A stretch of DNA of 64,000 nt, taken from Dipteris shenzhenensis (Eukaryota). The position numbers and the translations under genes were made by a program. Shown here piece by piece: positions 49,755 through 63,800 of this stretch. Numbering within the stretch: position 1 is the first letter of the stretch; each line of letters begins with the position of its first letter. The stretch is taken from assembly GCA_047967505.1 (NCBI GenBank), contig CM106538.1. One strand, written 5' to 3'. The notes below the pieces were generated by a model. The model did not search any database. It saw only the letters and a list, made by a program, of their open reading frames with translations, and was not told the DNA's origin.

Positions 49755-51741
49755 ATCTTGATAATCAAAACCATGTACCTGTGCAAATCCTTTTGCCACG
49801 AGCCGAGCCTTGTACTTATCTAACGTGCCGTCAAACTTGTACTTGGTCTTGTACACCCACTTGGTTCCGATTACCTTGCGTTTTGGTGGTCGATCCACAA
49901 GGTCCCAAGTGTTGTTCTTCATTATGGAGCCATACTCCGACTGCATAGCCTCCATCCACCTATCATCACCCTGTGCCTCTTCAAGACACTTGGGTTCATC
50001 AGCACGGATCACCTCTATCATCAAAGCATAGTTGACCAAGTGTTCCTGTGCCCTTCTTTGCTCCTCTAATCTCTTGGACCGGTGGTGTTCGGATGGTTCC
50101 TCCTCAAAGGCTGGAGGTTCTCTACTGTCCAAAAGCTGCTTTACCCACTTCGGGAATGGCCGTTGTTGTTGTGGTTCTGCAAGCTCTTCTTCATCTTCTT
50201 TATCTTGAATCCTCCCAAGCACCGTTGGGGGAGTGCGGTCTGCTGTTGGTGGTGATACTAGATGGATATCTTGTTTCCGGTTGTCTGGGAAGGAAGCATC
50301 CTCCTCCAATTGATGCGGCTGTTCTGAGAAGACCACATCACGACTTACAATTACCTTCTTGGTAACAGGGTTATAGAGACAGTAACAATTCGCCTCTTCA
50401 CTGTAGCCGAAGAAAATACACTTCCGACTCTTCGGTTCCCATTTGGTCTTGGTAGGATTAGGGACATGTATAAAATAGCCACATCCAAAAACTTTGAAAT
50501 GTGCAGCTAAAGGTTTCTTACCAGAAAAGGCTTGCAGTGGAGTCATCCCTATCAGCCTTCGTGTAGCTATGATTCACGATGTAAACTGCAGTGTTACATG
50601 CTTCAGCCCAGAAAGTCTTTGGCAAATCTTTCCCTTTCATCATACTCCAGCCCATTTCGTAGATGACGCGCATCTTGTGTTTTGCTACTCCATTTTGCTG
50701 TGATGTAGGTGGTGGGGGTTTTTGTCTCTTGATTCCGTGACTTTTGCAGTAACTTTCAAATTTAGTTGATGTGAACTCTCCATCTCTGTCTGATCTCAAC
50801 TTCTTCACCTTCCTTCCCGTTTCTTTCTCGACCATTACATGCCATTCCTTGAACCTACTAAAAGCCTCATCTTTAGTCTTCAGGAAGTATATCCATATCC
50901 TTCTACTATAGTCGTTGATCAGCGTCATGAAGTAGGAACCACCCAAAGCTTCCGTCTCCATCTTTCTGTAGAGGTCTGTGTGAACGAGCTCTAGAGGAGC
51001 CTTTGCCCTACTGGCCTCTTTAGGAAAGGGATGCCGATGCTACTTGCCCATCATGCAAGCTTCACATACATCGGGAAGATCTGAAATTTCTAGTAGGTCT
51101 GCAATCATTCCAGTTTTATGCATTTCCTACAAAGAACTAAGGTTTAGATGACCAAACCTCTCATGCCATAGCTTAGTGTTCTTCACATCCGCTTGAGAAC
51201 TGAAAGCTGAGAGTTCATAAATGTTGTTGCGCCGTGTATCTTTACCAACAACCTTCCCTTGAAGATCCAAGATTTGTGCACCAGTCTTATCAAATTGAAC
51301 TTTGAGGTCCCGATCCGTGATCGCAAAAACGGACAACAAGCTCCTCTTGATATATGGCACATAAAGAACATTGGACAACTATTTTACATTTCCATCTAAC
51401 TTGAGAGCAATCGTACCTTTTCCTTTTGCTGGACATTTTGCATCATTGCCGACTGCTACCAGGATGTCATTCCCTACCGGCTGTAGAGAGGTATACCAAT
51501 CCTTCCGACTGGTCATGTGGCATGATGCACCACTGTTAATGATCCAAGGTTCATCTGTAGGTACATGAACTGCCTCTGTGCAAATCTCCTCAATTGCTAC
51601 GAACAGCTCTACTGGTATTGCTTGCACGCTGTTGCTGGACTCTTTCTTTACTCGGTTCTTCTCATCTGCAGTCTTCTTCTAGCACTCATAATAGAAGCAC
51701 TTGATCTTCTTCTTTCTCTTTTTATCATCAGAAGAAGATGG
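49755..51741 (-). mobile_element. Copia element A, left (inverted) arm: gag end, protease, GAG-pre, integrase, RT start
   Basis: WIINSGASCHMT (protease), LWHERFGHLN, LRSDRDGEF..QQNGVA (IN), NNTWDLVDRP...YKARLVAKGFAQ (RT start). Confidence 0.9.
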
Positions 51742-51764
51742 GTTACCAGAGTCCTTAACCTTAT

Positions 51765-53777
51765 CCATCTTCTTCTGATGATAAAAAGAGAAAGAAGAAG
51801 ATCAAGTGCTTCTATTGCAACAAGGCAGGGCACCTGGGAACAACACTTGGGACCTTGTGGATCGACCACCAAAATGCAAGGTAATTGGAACCAAGTGGGT
51901 GTACAAGACCAAGTACAAGTCCGATGGCACGTTGGATAAGTACAAGGCTCGGCTCATGGCAAAAGGATTTGCACAGGTACATGGTTTTGATTATCAAGAT
52001 ACTTTTGCTCCCACAACTTGACTAACAACAATTCACAGTGTTTTGGCTTTGGTTGCCAAGGGAAGCTGGCTCGTGTTTTAGATGGATGTGAAATCCGCCT
52101 TTCTGAATGGCAATCTCAAGGAGGAGGTATACGTGGAACAACCACCAAGTTTTGAGATCCCTGGACTGATGCATTTCTGTTTGGGGATTGAAGTTTGGCA
52201 GGAGCCGAAACAGATCTTCATTTCATAGCTGAAGTATGCTGGAGAGATACTGAAGGCATTTGGCATGGCTGAGTGCAAGACAGTTGGTACCGCTATGGAG
52301 GTTGACGCGAAGCTCTCAAACGAGGATTCATCACCACTGATGGACGAAGCGAAGTACAGAAGGCTTGTGGGTAGCTTGATTTACCTATGCAACACACGGC
52401 CGGACATCAGTTTTGTGACTGGTGTACTAAGCAAGTTTTCCAATAAGCCATGGGAGAACCATTGGAGGGCAGGGATGCAGGTGTTGAAATACATCAAAGG
52501 CACACTTGATTATGGCATCACCTATACCAAGGGCAACATTTTGACTGGATTCTGTGACTCGGATTGGGCAGGAAACGTGGATAGTAGGAGATCAGTGACA
52601 TGTTATTGTTTCTCACTTGGATCTGGACTTGTGTCATGGGTCAGCAAGAAGCAACCCACAGTTGCTCTTTCTTCTACCGAGGTCGAGTACAAATCTACAT
52701 GCTTTGCTTCTTGTGAGGCAGTGTGGTTGAGGAGGATTTTGGGGGACATGGGTGCAGTGCAAAACAAGCCTATGCAGTTATCATGTGACAATCAGAGTTG
52801 CATGGCGATTGCAAAGAACTCGGTGTTCCATGCTCCCACAAAACACATTGAGATTCAATATCACTTTGCATGCAAGCTCATCATGGATGGAGAGGTTGAC
52901 TTGGTGTACTGTCCGACTACAGAGAATGCTATGGACATCTTCACGAAGGCTCTTGGAAGAGACTTGCTGGAGAGGCATCTTCATCGACTTGGCATTGGAC
53001 CAAAAAAGTAAGTTCACTTGCGGGTGGACATTGAGGGGGGGTGTTAAATATCAATGCTCCACTCTCATGTAACTACGCGGGAGCCAGCTAACTCTACTTG
53101 TAAGCCCCCCATATGAGGAGAAGGCATTTGAGTAGCTCGGTTATCCGATAGGTCCTGGTTTGGACACCAGATGGGGGCCATGTGTGGCTTGATGGCTGGA
53201 CGGCTTCAGATAGAGTTGGCACACTACCAACTAGGCTACATGCAAGTGCGGGAAGGCATCCCTTGACTGACCGCATTGAGGGTAGACAGAGCTTTTCTCG
53301 GGGTAGCCCACTCTCGGGTTGTGGGGCCATTTGGATCCTCAGATGATCTCGGATGGCTCTGGGCCACTCTGAATGGAGAACTTAGGTGAATTGCTCTATT
53401 TTGCACACCGGTTCTATCGTGTGGTCAGTGGCCTATTTCGGGACCGACCCCCAGTCGACCGTTTTGGGCGGACTGGGTCGGTCACCATCTTGGGCCTAAC
53501 CGACTACGACTGGTGGCTATATAAGAGCAAGCTCGTGAAGCCCATTTCATCACTGGCTATAGCAACCCTGATTCCTTAGCATCTAACCTCTGTCCTCTAT
53601 TGTTTCGAGCTTGCCATCGAAGCTTCTTTCACAGGAGCGCACGTCTGGGAGGCAGCACCATCTATCGTATCAGTTCTACAGTAATCAAATTTTTGATTCT
53701 CCATACTATCTGGTTTTCTCTCTTGCGTACGAGATCCTGTTATCTGTTGAGCACAGACATTGTATTATTTTCTTACA
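51765..53777 (+). mobile_element. Copia element A, right arm: gag knuckle fused to RT (internally deleted), RNase H, PPT and 3' LTR (53042-~53777)
   Basis: KCFYCNKAGHLG|NNTWDL, MDVKSAFLNG, GFCDSDWAG and TKHIEIQYHF. PPT TTGAGGGGGGG is followed by TGTTAAATA at 53042. Confidence 0.88.
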
Positions 53778-54454
53778 TTTGCATGGCAATACTTTTTCTA
53801 AACCGGTCAATGGTTTTAGGCTTAAACCATATATTGGGAATGATCCAAATCAACCAAAGAAGAAGGTGGTTGGAGCCAAAGTATGTGAAAACACAAGCAT
53901 GGGGGCAGTAATGATTTGCATTTGTCAGGTGGAGAATACAAAAGTAATGTAGATAGTACAGTGTTGGTAGGTTTCACAAATCCAATGAAAATCTGACTCC
54001 CTTGTTTGTCAATATGTCCAGGAATATCAGAATGGTTTTATTCATGCATGAGAAGATTGTGGTAGTGTTCCTAGAGCATTAAACAAATAATAGAGGGTTA
54101 CATGAGGGATGTTGCAGTCCACCGACTGTAGGGTGGTCCGACTGTGTTCCAACTAATTGCCTCCACACAGATGATCCACGACTTTGGTTGACATGAAGCT
54201 GATCTGATGTCTGACCTAGATGGGGGTTCGATTTGAATCTGATTTCGAGGGGGTTCTGACTCATGTCAATAAGGTCCGAGTAAGATCATAACAAGTGTTG
54301 TATGGTTGCATGTGGAGGTAATATTTGGCATGAGGCATGGTCATACAGAAGGTTCGCCTAGAGATGATATTTTGCATGGATTGAGAAGCCGACTAAGGGG
54401 TGCAATTATTCTATGAGGTGATGAATGATTGTGGCATCAAAATATACACTCTTC

Positions 54455-56115
54455 CTCGATGGCTAGAAATAGATCCAACTCTGCTTCCAACTCTGCTTCA
54501 GCTGTGTTGGCTATCTCTTTCCCCTTATTTGTCTTCTTTAGGGTACCATTCTTTTCATCTGCTTTCTTGACTCGGCAATCTGGAATCACATGGCCCTTCT
54601 TCTTGTAGTAGAATCATTCTCCCTGAAACTTCTTCGTGCCACCCTTGTTCTTTTTGTCACCACTAGTAGAGGACTCACCTTTGGTGGAGGAACCATCTTT
54701 GCCTTTCGTAGTGGCAGAGAACGCAGCATCCCCATTGCCGCCTCCATCTCGAGCTTTAAGCCTCAATTCCTCCTCCATAAGTAAAGCACAGAACTCCTCA
54801 AATGACAATGGTTGGGGTCTCACTTGAGTGTTAAGCATTGTTACTAGTCCATCAAACCTTGGTGGATATATCTAGAGACACCGTCGAGCTAGCTCTTTGC
54901 TAGTCTTTTGTATCCCAGCACCAGCCATCTGGTCACGTAGATTTTTTATTTGGGTTATGAATGCCCCTGTTGTCTCTCCTTCATTAAACTTCTCAGCTAC
55001 GAGCTGATTCTCTAGGTTCTAGATCCTTGTCTGATTCCGTGTCTCATACTGACTCTTCAATATGTTCCAGGCCACAGTTGCCTTAGATGTATGTTGAATC
55101 AAGGTCAAAACACTATCAGTAGTACTTGTAACCAGGGCACACACAACATCTGTGTTCCTACGTTTCCAAGCTCATAGAAGGTCAGCATTAGGAGGTATCA
55201 TGCTCCCTGAAGGGTCGAGGGTTTCTTGTGGTTCTGGGTCAGTCCCCAATATTGTCTCTAGAAGCTCATATGAATCAAGAATAGCAGTAATTTTAAACTT
55301 CCACATAGTGTAGTTTGTACCATCTAGCTTGCCTTTAGTGAAGGCAGGTGTGTGAATCCTCAACACCTGGATTGTTGGTGCAGCAGTAGCAGCTGCTAAA
55401 ATTGAGCTGCTTCTTATTGAGCCACTTCATGTTGCCATCACTCCATATGCTATTGAAGCCCTTGCCTCTCTTCTATTCTTCGATCCTTAGAGCCACTTGG
55501 GCTCTGATACCATGTTAAATTACACAGCGCAGCAGAACAGAAACTGAACAAAGAATAGAGAGTACACAGCAATGAGCACAAATTTCCTTCAATACTAAAG
55601 TAGTACAAATGATGGCTCCGTCCACCCGTGCGCTCCAACAGTGGAGCTTAGATGGCGATCTAGACAGATATCAGGTGAAGAGCTACTAGTTGGAAGATCT
55701 CTGCTAGAAGATCTAATTTGGTACAATGGACTAGGGAGGTCACCTCTTTATATCTATGAGGGCGGTAGTCGGATCAACGTTGTCGGTGGAATTCGGTGGA
55801 ATCGACCAGTCAACCTAGTCAGTGAAGTCGACCAGTTAACCTAGTCGGTGGAACCAACTAGTCATCCATGAAATATTCAAGGAATATTCCATATACTATT
55901 GCCTCGGGGGCTCTCGCCCCTGAACCCCCACCAGGGGGGCTTCTGGCCCCCCTGGGACCCCCCCAGCTAGGGGCCAGTTGGCCCCCAGGTCCCAGCAAGA
56001 TCCATCCAGTGTCTCGGGCTCACACATGGCTTCTCCTCATATGGGGGCCTTACAACTTGAGCACCTTGGACCACTCGTGGTTACCAGGAGGGTGGGGCAT
56101 TGAGCATATCTAATA
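54455..56115 (-). mobile_element. Copia element B fragment: 5' LTR (55513-~56115), tRNA-iMet PBS (55501-55512) and gag; nested in element C
   Basis: Minus strand reads ...TTTAACA then TGGTATCAGAGC. Gag motifs KLDGTNYTMWK and LLMEEELRLK, plus a degenerate knuckle. The LTR is related to but diverged from 53042-53777 (shared TTGTAAG.CCCCCATATGAGGAGAAG). Confidence 0.85.
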
Positions 56116-59100
56116 GGTACACCTGTATGAATCCCCAAATCTCTCAGTAGCCGATCAAGCCATATAGCCTCCTTGCAACCCTCTGTGGTTGTTACAACAT
56201 ACTCGGCCTCTGTGGTAGACAAAGCAATGCACTTCTATGCACGAGACATCCATGACACTACACCACCTACAAAGGTGAACACATAACTAGAAGTGGATCT
56301 CCTGCTATCCACATGCCCTACATAGTCAGAATCTGTGTACCCAAATACACGCATCTCTCCTCTACCAAAGCATATACACACCTCCTTGGTACCCTTCATG
56401 TATCTCATGATGCACTTAACTGCCTCCCAATGCCTCTTTCTTAGATTAGACATATACCGGCTAACAATTCCCACTGCAATTTCTGGTCTAGTAGCTATCA
56501 TAGCATACATAAGACTCCCAACTACTAATGCATATGGAACCTTGGCCATCATAGCCCTCTCCTCATCTGATTTGGGACTATCTACCTGACTCAATTTCAC
56601 ATATGGAGGCAATGGAGTACTTACTACCTTCCCCCCCTCCATATTGAAATGCTGCAACACTTTTATAATATACTCCTTTTGTGAAAGCCAAAGGAGTTTT
56701 CTACTCTGTCCACGCGTGATGCACATACCAAGAATATGACCTGCAGGTCCCAAATATTTCATGTTAAAGGCCTCATGCAACTTGGCCTTCAATGCATAAA
56801 GCTCATAAGTGTTCTTGCTAGCCAATAACATATCATCCACATAAAGTGCCAAGAGTATCAGGCTATTATCCTGAGCCCTTTTAGTGTAGAGGTAGTGATT
56901 AATCTCATTTCTTTTGAAACCCTGGAGCCGAATGAAAGCATCAAACTTGTGATACCCTTCTCTAGGCATTTGCTTAAGGCCATAGAGACTCTTTTTCAAC
57001 TTGCAAACCAAATGCTCTTTGCCCTTTTCTTCAAAGCCTTCTGGCTGTATCATGTAAATTTTCTCATGCAAATCCCCATGCAAGAAAGCTATCTTGACAT
57101 CCATCTGCATAAGCTCCATATCCTCTATTGCCACAAGTCCAAGTACACATCTAAGTGTGGTCATCTTCACAACCAGAGAGAATATCTCATCAAAGTCCAC
57201 ACCCTTCTCTTGCTTGAACCCTTTAGCAACAACCAAGTGGGCCTTGTACTTGGGCACATCATCACCTATGACCTTCATCTTGTAGACCCATTTACATGGT
57301 TTCCATGTGGCAAAGAAACCAAGTCCCAAGTCTTATTCTTTATGTGAGTACTCATCTTTGATTGCATAGCATACTCCCACTTGCGCTGATCCTTGCGCAT
57401 CATAGCCTCTCTGTAGCAAGAAGGCTCCCCGCAATCAGTAAGCATCACAGTCTACCCCTGGAACAAATCTCTCAAGCGGTCTAGACACTCTAGATGTTCT
57501 TCTCAAGGGAATTTCAACTTGTTGTCCCACCTGCATATCAACCACATTTGTCTCATCATTGCCATCAATACATGATTCATCATCTACCCTTGATTGTGTA
57601 CTTGTGGGAGTACCTGTTGGCACCATTTCCTACACATTCAGTGCATGGACAGCTTGTTCTCTACCAACAGATGTGGGTGGATTCACATCCTGGAAAGTGA
57701 TTCTCCTCATTTCCACATCCCTCATCGGTGTCTTATGCATCTTCTTCTCATTGAAGATCACATCATGGCTTTGTATGATTTTCTTGGCTTCTCGAACCCA
57801 GAGACGATAGCCCATCTCTCCACTTTCACCATAACCCAAAAAGATGCATTTCCTAGACTTGGGATCTAGCTTCTTTTGAAGCTCTTTTGGCACATGTGCA
57901 TATGCCTCACACCCAAATATACACAAATGAGAGTAAGAGGGCTTCTTGCCACTCCATGCCTCTTTAGAAATACCACCATCCAAACTCGTGCTAGGTGATC
58001 TATTGATCACATGCACTGTAGTTTTCATTGCCTCAGCCCAAAAACCACCAAGAAGACTTGCATTGGAAAGCATACATTACAACCTTTACTCAATGGTGCG
58101 GTTCATCTGTTCTGCAACTAGATTCTATTCTAGAGTATGAGGGGATGTGAGCTCCCTCTTAATCCCACATGTATCACAGAAATGCTGAAAGTCATGAGAG
58201 ACATACTCTCCACCGTTATCAGTCCGTAGGCATTTAAGTGTTCTACCTGATTTATTTTCAGCAAAGCCAACCATTTTTGAAATACTTGGAACACATCGCT
58301 CTTCGGAGCTATAGCATAAGCCCACACTTTCCTAGTTACATCATCAATGAATGTCACATATATTCAACCCCGCATAATGACCGTGTAGGCATGGGACCAC
58401 ATATGTCTGAATGCACCAAATCAAGCCTTTCAAGCTCTTTCTTTCCCCTTCTTTTATGGGCTCATTTAGTCTGCTTCCCATAGAGACAGTGCTCACAAAT
58501 TTCAAAATCAGAAAAACTGAAATGCGGTACATAACCCAAAACACATAAGAGTTTCATTCCATTTTGGCTCATGTGCCCCAACTTGCAATGCCACAAAGAA
58601 GTACTTGGTTGTTTGGTTATTGCAATAGCATGACCAGACACCCCTGATACATGTAAGGGATACAAAGTGTTACACTTGGCACCCTTGGCCAAAACCATAG
58701 AGCCCTTCTGAATTTTCCAACTCTGAAAGCCAAAAGTGGTCTAAAAACTAGCACCATCTAGCTGACCCCTACTGAAATTAGACTCTTGGTCAACTTAGGC
58801 ACATTTCTCACATTTTTCAAAACAAATGCAAACCCATTTGCAAAAGAAAACTTTATGTCACCTGCTCACCTACTCCCACTATGTCACATGCATAGTTATT
58901 TCCAAGATGCACACAACCTGTCTTTCCATTGTCATAAGTGGACAACCATTCCCTATGGGGAGTAACATGGAATGAAGCACCAGAATCCAAAATCCAATCT
59001 TGGGAATATGCATCATCTGAAGTGGTGAGCAAGTATGCAGGTAGACTAGACATGAAGAGAATGTCATTGTCACTATCATCAATGACTGTATTAATCTCTT

Positions 59101-60050
59101 CGATCTTCATTTTTCCTTTGTCCTCCCTTGGACTCTCTTCGTTCTTATTTGCACCCCAATTTGCAAGCATTCTTTTTCTTATCCTTTTTCTCTCTTTTCA
59201 TCTTGTAGGAATCCTTTTTCATATGGCCCTTCTTGCCACAATGGTAACACTCAATGTACCATGCCCTAGATTTGCTACAAAACTTCCCTCTTTTTGGGAC
59301 TTCCCCCTGAACTGTAATCTGCCCCTTTGCACATTTAAGGCTGCATCCTGCTTGTTGCCATCCATAGACTTCCTTCTAATCTCCTCGGCCAACAAGCTAC
59401 CCACAACATCATCAAACTTCAGTACTCCACCAAGTGCAAAGTTACTGACAATTGTACAAAAGGTATCCCATGAGGATGGCAATGGACATAAGAGAAATAT
59501 TGCCTTAGTCTCTGCATCAAAATTCATCTTTTGAGCCTGAAGCTGGCTGAAAATAATATTGAATTCATTCAAGTGAGAAGAAATGGAGACCCCTTCCTTC
59601 ATCTGCAGCTCAAACAACCTCTTCATGAGGTAAACTTTATTAGACGCAGTTTCCTTCTCATAAGTGGCACACAATTTCTTCCACAAATCTTCTATAGTTT
59701 GCTCATTTACTACTGTGAATTAAACTGACTCTACAAGATGAAGTCTAATAGTAGACTTTGCTAGTGCATCCAACTCATTCCAATCATCATGAGACATATC
59801 TGCAGGCTTAGCTTCAATCCTTGCCAAGGGTTTATTCTGCTTCTTTTGAATAATCACATCCCTTATCTGTTCTTTCCACAAAGAAAAGTTTGTCCCATCA
59901 AACTTTTTAATGCTGAAAAACTCATTTTCAGACATGGAAGAAAATGCCATGATGCAAATGAAAGAAAATCCCAAATGCTAGTACCTGCAAAAGAGAAATC
60001 ACACCAAATACTAGGTGCACCCAATAATAATGAAGGATAGTGTCACCAAG
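56116..60050 (-). mobile_element. Copia element C (Tork/Tnt1-like), degraded gag-pol
   Basis: IKKFDGTNFSLWK (gag 59720-59974), WILDSGASFHVT (protease), LWHCKLGHMS..CEHC.YGKQ, LRTDNGGEY (IN), MDVKIAFLHGDL and YVDDML (RT 56235-57329), STTEAEY (RH). Confidence 0.93.
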
Positions 60051-60137
60051 ACTCAAGGCTCAAAGCATCAAAATTCATCTGACTCATGTGCATATACTAT
60101 GCATCCATATGAGCAAATCTGGCCCAAAAGAAAATGT

Positions 60138-62400
60138 CACTACCACACGTGGATTCTATTGCGATGTTTAAGTACCGACGTTTAGTGCGCGTGGGGTGCT
60201 AATCATCAGTATGGGAAGCGCATCTCGTAAAGCGTTGCTATATAGCGACTTTAAGCAAACATCGCTATATAGTGACGTTTGTAAGAAATGTAAGTGTTGC
60301 TATATAGCAACACTGAGATACTATTTTATAGCGATGTTTTCCAAAGAGCTTTTTTACTCATATAGGCCTTAAAAGTTAGTTTTTTCCAATGACAAAATTT
60401 TTAAATTTTCATACATGTTTGATCTTTTGAGAGAATAAAAGTATGAGAGCATGTACATCAAGCCTTTGAAGCTCATATATTCATGTCCAAGTTTGAGATG
60501 AAAAAAATCAATGAAGAGCATTTACATCAACTGTTTCATCTTGAGCCAAGTCTAATGTGCCAAACAAGTCTATCTCTAACTCTATACTGAGTTGATCTCC
60601 TATATCATCATCATACTCTAGCATCATACGTTCACCTAAAAGTACTTGATCATCTTCTTCAATAAAGTGTGATGATTCTTGATGATCGTTGTCTTCTTCC
60701 TCAATATCGTGATCTCCATCTTCCTCCCGTGCGATGTCATTATGCACATCTTCCTCTTGGCTCATATTGTGATCTTCATCTTTAGTGCTAGATTCATCGG
60801 GATCAATTGGATCCGACATTGGTAGTGGCATCTCCATATCCACATCTCTATCTTCAAAAATTTGCTTACTTCACGGTGCAACTTGGATCACGTACCACCA
60901 TCTTGGATCAGAACGATCCGGATGAAAAACCACCTCTATTGAAGATGGGTGCCAGATGTCATCAATTATATATATGATATTATGCTTAAATACATGTATC
61001 AATGGATCTTTAAAAACGAAAGCTTGGATTACTTAAATCATTAGTATGCACCTGCTCATAGTGCTCAGGAAGAACAAAAGTATCACTTTCATCGGTCCAA
61101 TGTTTGGTGGAGTCTATTGCAAAGAAACCGCTACTATCTTTTCTCACTGTCGCATGGGGACCGTTGTAAATAGTTCTAAACCATTTTACATCAAGAATGA
61201 AAATACTATATCGTCTGAAATCAACTTCATAGATTTTGCGTATGGTTCCACAATAATCTAACTATGAGGAGAGAAGATTGGTATCCGAAGCGCTTGCTCA
61301 GCTATCTTGTGTGAAGTTAGCCATGACTCCACAATCATACATGACTCTCTTTGAATCGTTGTGTTCCACGTGAAAATGTCGTCCACATGACCATAATGCA
61401 CTGTACTTTTGGTACTGTAAAAGAGCATCATTAAAACAATGAAGATGCATCTATTTTATAGCGTATATTGCCACAAATAATTACTTAATTATGTCAAGAG
61501 GTAAGAAACTTACATGCATCATACATCTAGATGATAACTCTCACTCGTGCTCATTTATTGTCTCTCCATCATGTTCGGCTTTACGTAGAGCCAGTTGTAG
61601 CCAATCAAGTGATATGTGAGTGGGGAGAAGAGCCAGATCCCATGGATATGGTTGCGATCACCTGTACATTACTCTGAATCTCGTCCTTGCATTTATTCTT
61701 TTTGCTTTGGCCACTTCATATCACTCAATCCACTTCTACATCTTAGGGCTATTGAGGATACAAAACTTATTGAATTTCTCCATTTGCTCTTCGCTCATCT
61801 TTCTTTCAATCCCTATTCCTTGGGGAACCTAGCCAATGATGTGATCATCATCCTTGTTATGCCAAGCTTGTGGCATATCGGGATCTATGGATGCAAGAAA
61901 CTCTGTGATATATACTAATGACTCTTGCACAAGCCATCCCTCTACCATGCTTGCTTTTGGTCTTGCTCTTTGTTTTACAAATCCCTTCAAAGTTTTCATT
62001 AACCGCTCGAGAAAAAACATCCATCGACTATGAATAGTACCTGCAATAGCCACCTCATCAACTATGCGCACAAGCAAGTGGACTTGAGTTGTCATAATGC
62101 TCGAGGGAAAGTGCTTCTCAAGCAAGCATATGGCTTCGATGGATTCCACCCTAGCCTTCTCGATGCTCGATATGGAGATCTCTTTTTGAGATATCCACCT
62201 ATTTCACATCCATGTAAGATATTTTCATAATCAGTCTACAGATTAATCAGCTTAAATTAAAGAAAAAGCAATCAATGCGATTTGATAGTAAGCATACCTC
62301 ACAATACCACTGATCTTGAATATAGCATTTCTAACATCTTCTTGTAAGCACCCTTTTATTGTAATTTGGAGGATGAACTATCAAAGCAACAAAGAAGTCA
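60138..62400 (-). mobile_element. CACTA (En/Spm) element end with a degraded TnpD transposase (DUF4218 and DUF4216 regions)
   Basis: CACTAC terminus at 60138. Subterminal palindromes of the TCGCTATATAGCGA type at 60230-60315. Peptides LEKHFPSS..HLLV..RWMFFLERLMKTLK...EG (61829-62149), YCGTIRKIYEVDF..VKWF and FHPDRSDPRWWYV, plus an acidic tail (60508-60843). Confidence 0.88.
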
Positions 62401-62969
62401 TGTCAACAATATAACATAATCATAATTACGCTAACGCATCACGATTATCGGTACACTAATTCTACAGCTTAGAATACCATTAAGAAAAAAGGGAGCTCAT
62501 TTTGGGGCCTTTTACAGTTTGGAAAAATAATCTCTCAACCAATCAATAGAGGGCCAACGTAACATTGGAAATTCACAAAAATAAGAGAAAATAGAAAAAA
62601 GAAACAATACTTTATGTAGGTACAAGCGTGCTACATTAATGTGGAGATTGGTTTTTTATTCTCACAAGATCTTTGGACATGAAGATAGAATCTAGTCTGA
62701 CATTTTATTTGACAAGGGCCTTCCTACTTCCACCTTCCTTTGAACTTTGAAATGTTGTGCTGCCTTTCCTTCGAAAGGTCTACCATTCTACACCACTGCC
62801 TCATTGTTCAGCAGCCTCTTCTTTTCCAAAACTGCTCCCTTGATCCTGTTTGGCGTAGAGTAAGATGTTTCTTGTCAACTGTCTGTCTGCCCACTTTCTC
62901 TTTCTTGAAACTTCAATTTGTTATCTTGTTTACATTACTTTGCTATTGTTATAGATTCAGAAGGTCTCC

Positions 62970-63800
62970 ATGGTGAATAAAAACCATGGCTGTTCTTGTG
63001 GAAGACGCTCTGTGTATGATAATGCTATGAAGGCAGAATTATACCACACATCCTTACCCCATCGACCTACTTCTTCTATTTCTTCAGTAGAGAATTCAAG
63101 TACAGTCAAAACGGAAGGAACTTGGGAAAGGTTTAGTGTTTCGAAAGGAGCATGGGTGCTCATGCAACCTAGCAAAAGAAAAAGACCCCAGACAAAAAAC
63201 ATTTTCTTGGCATCATGGAAGGGAAGAGTATGAGATTTTAAAATCACCAGAGAGAAGATATCGGTGAAAGAAGTTTTGATTCAGCATGTGTACATGCATA
63301 AAGAACTTGTCTTGCAAGACTATCCAAATGATCTTCTGCAACACAGGCCTAATTGTATATTTTTCTATTGTGGTTTTTTTTCTTTACGAGGTGTATGGAT
63401 TTTTAAGATGAAGCTTTATTTCTTTGCTTATTGACATTCTTGTGTTGTTTTATTTCAGATTTATACCCTTCATCGTATGAGACATGGCAAAACATCGATT
63501 GTATTCTGGGATTTATAGATGTTCTGCATGGATCGATAGGAGAACAACAATACCAAGGTTGATGTGCAACAGAGCTAGCTCAATTGGGTATATTTTTTAC
63601 TGATCATTTTTATCAGTTGCTGGACAATGCTAACACACATGTTGTGTTAAGGAAACAAGACCTTCCAGCATGGAATTCAGTGGATTGGCCTCACCCACAT
63701 TCTAGTGTTACAAAGGCATATAGGGCCAAGCTTTTCAAAGAAGTACAGAAAGCTCTGAGGCCCAATATTGCCACAAGGATAATAAAAATTTCTTTATGCA
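62970..63800 (+). pseudogene. Degraded BAH-domain-like gene with a GT-AG intron (63355-63458)
   Basis: Reading through TGA 63231 and splicing gives GAWVLMQP...WKGRV*DF...VLIQHVYMHKEL...NYLYPSSYETWQNIDCILGFIDVL, which follows the BAH motif order. Confidence 0.45.

Noticed and set aside
53042-56115. LTRs at 53042 and 55513-56115 as a pair from one element
   Set aside because: They are in opposite orientations, clearly diverged and of different lengths, and their gag ends overlap redundantly. They come from related but separate elements.
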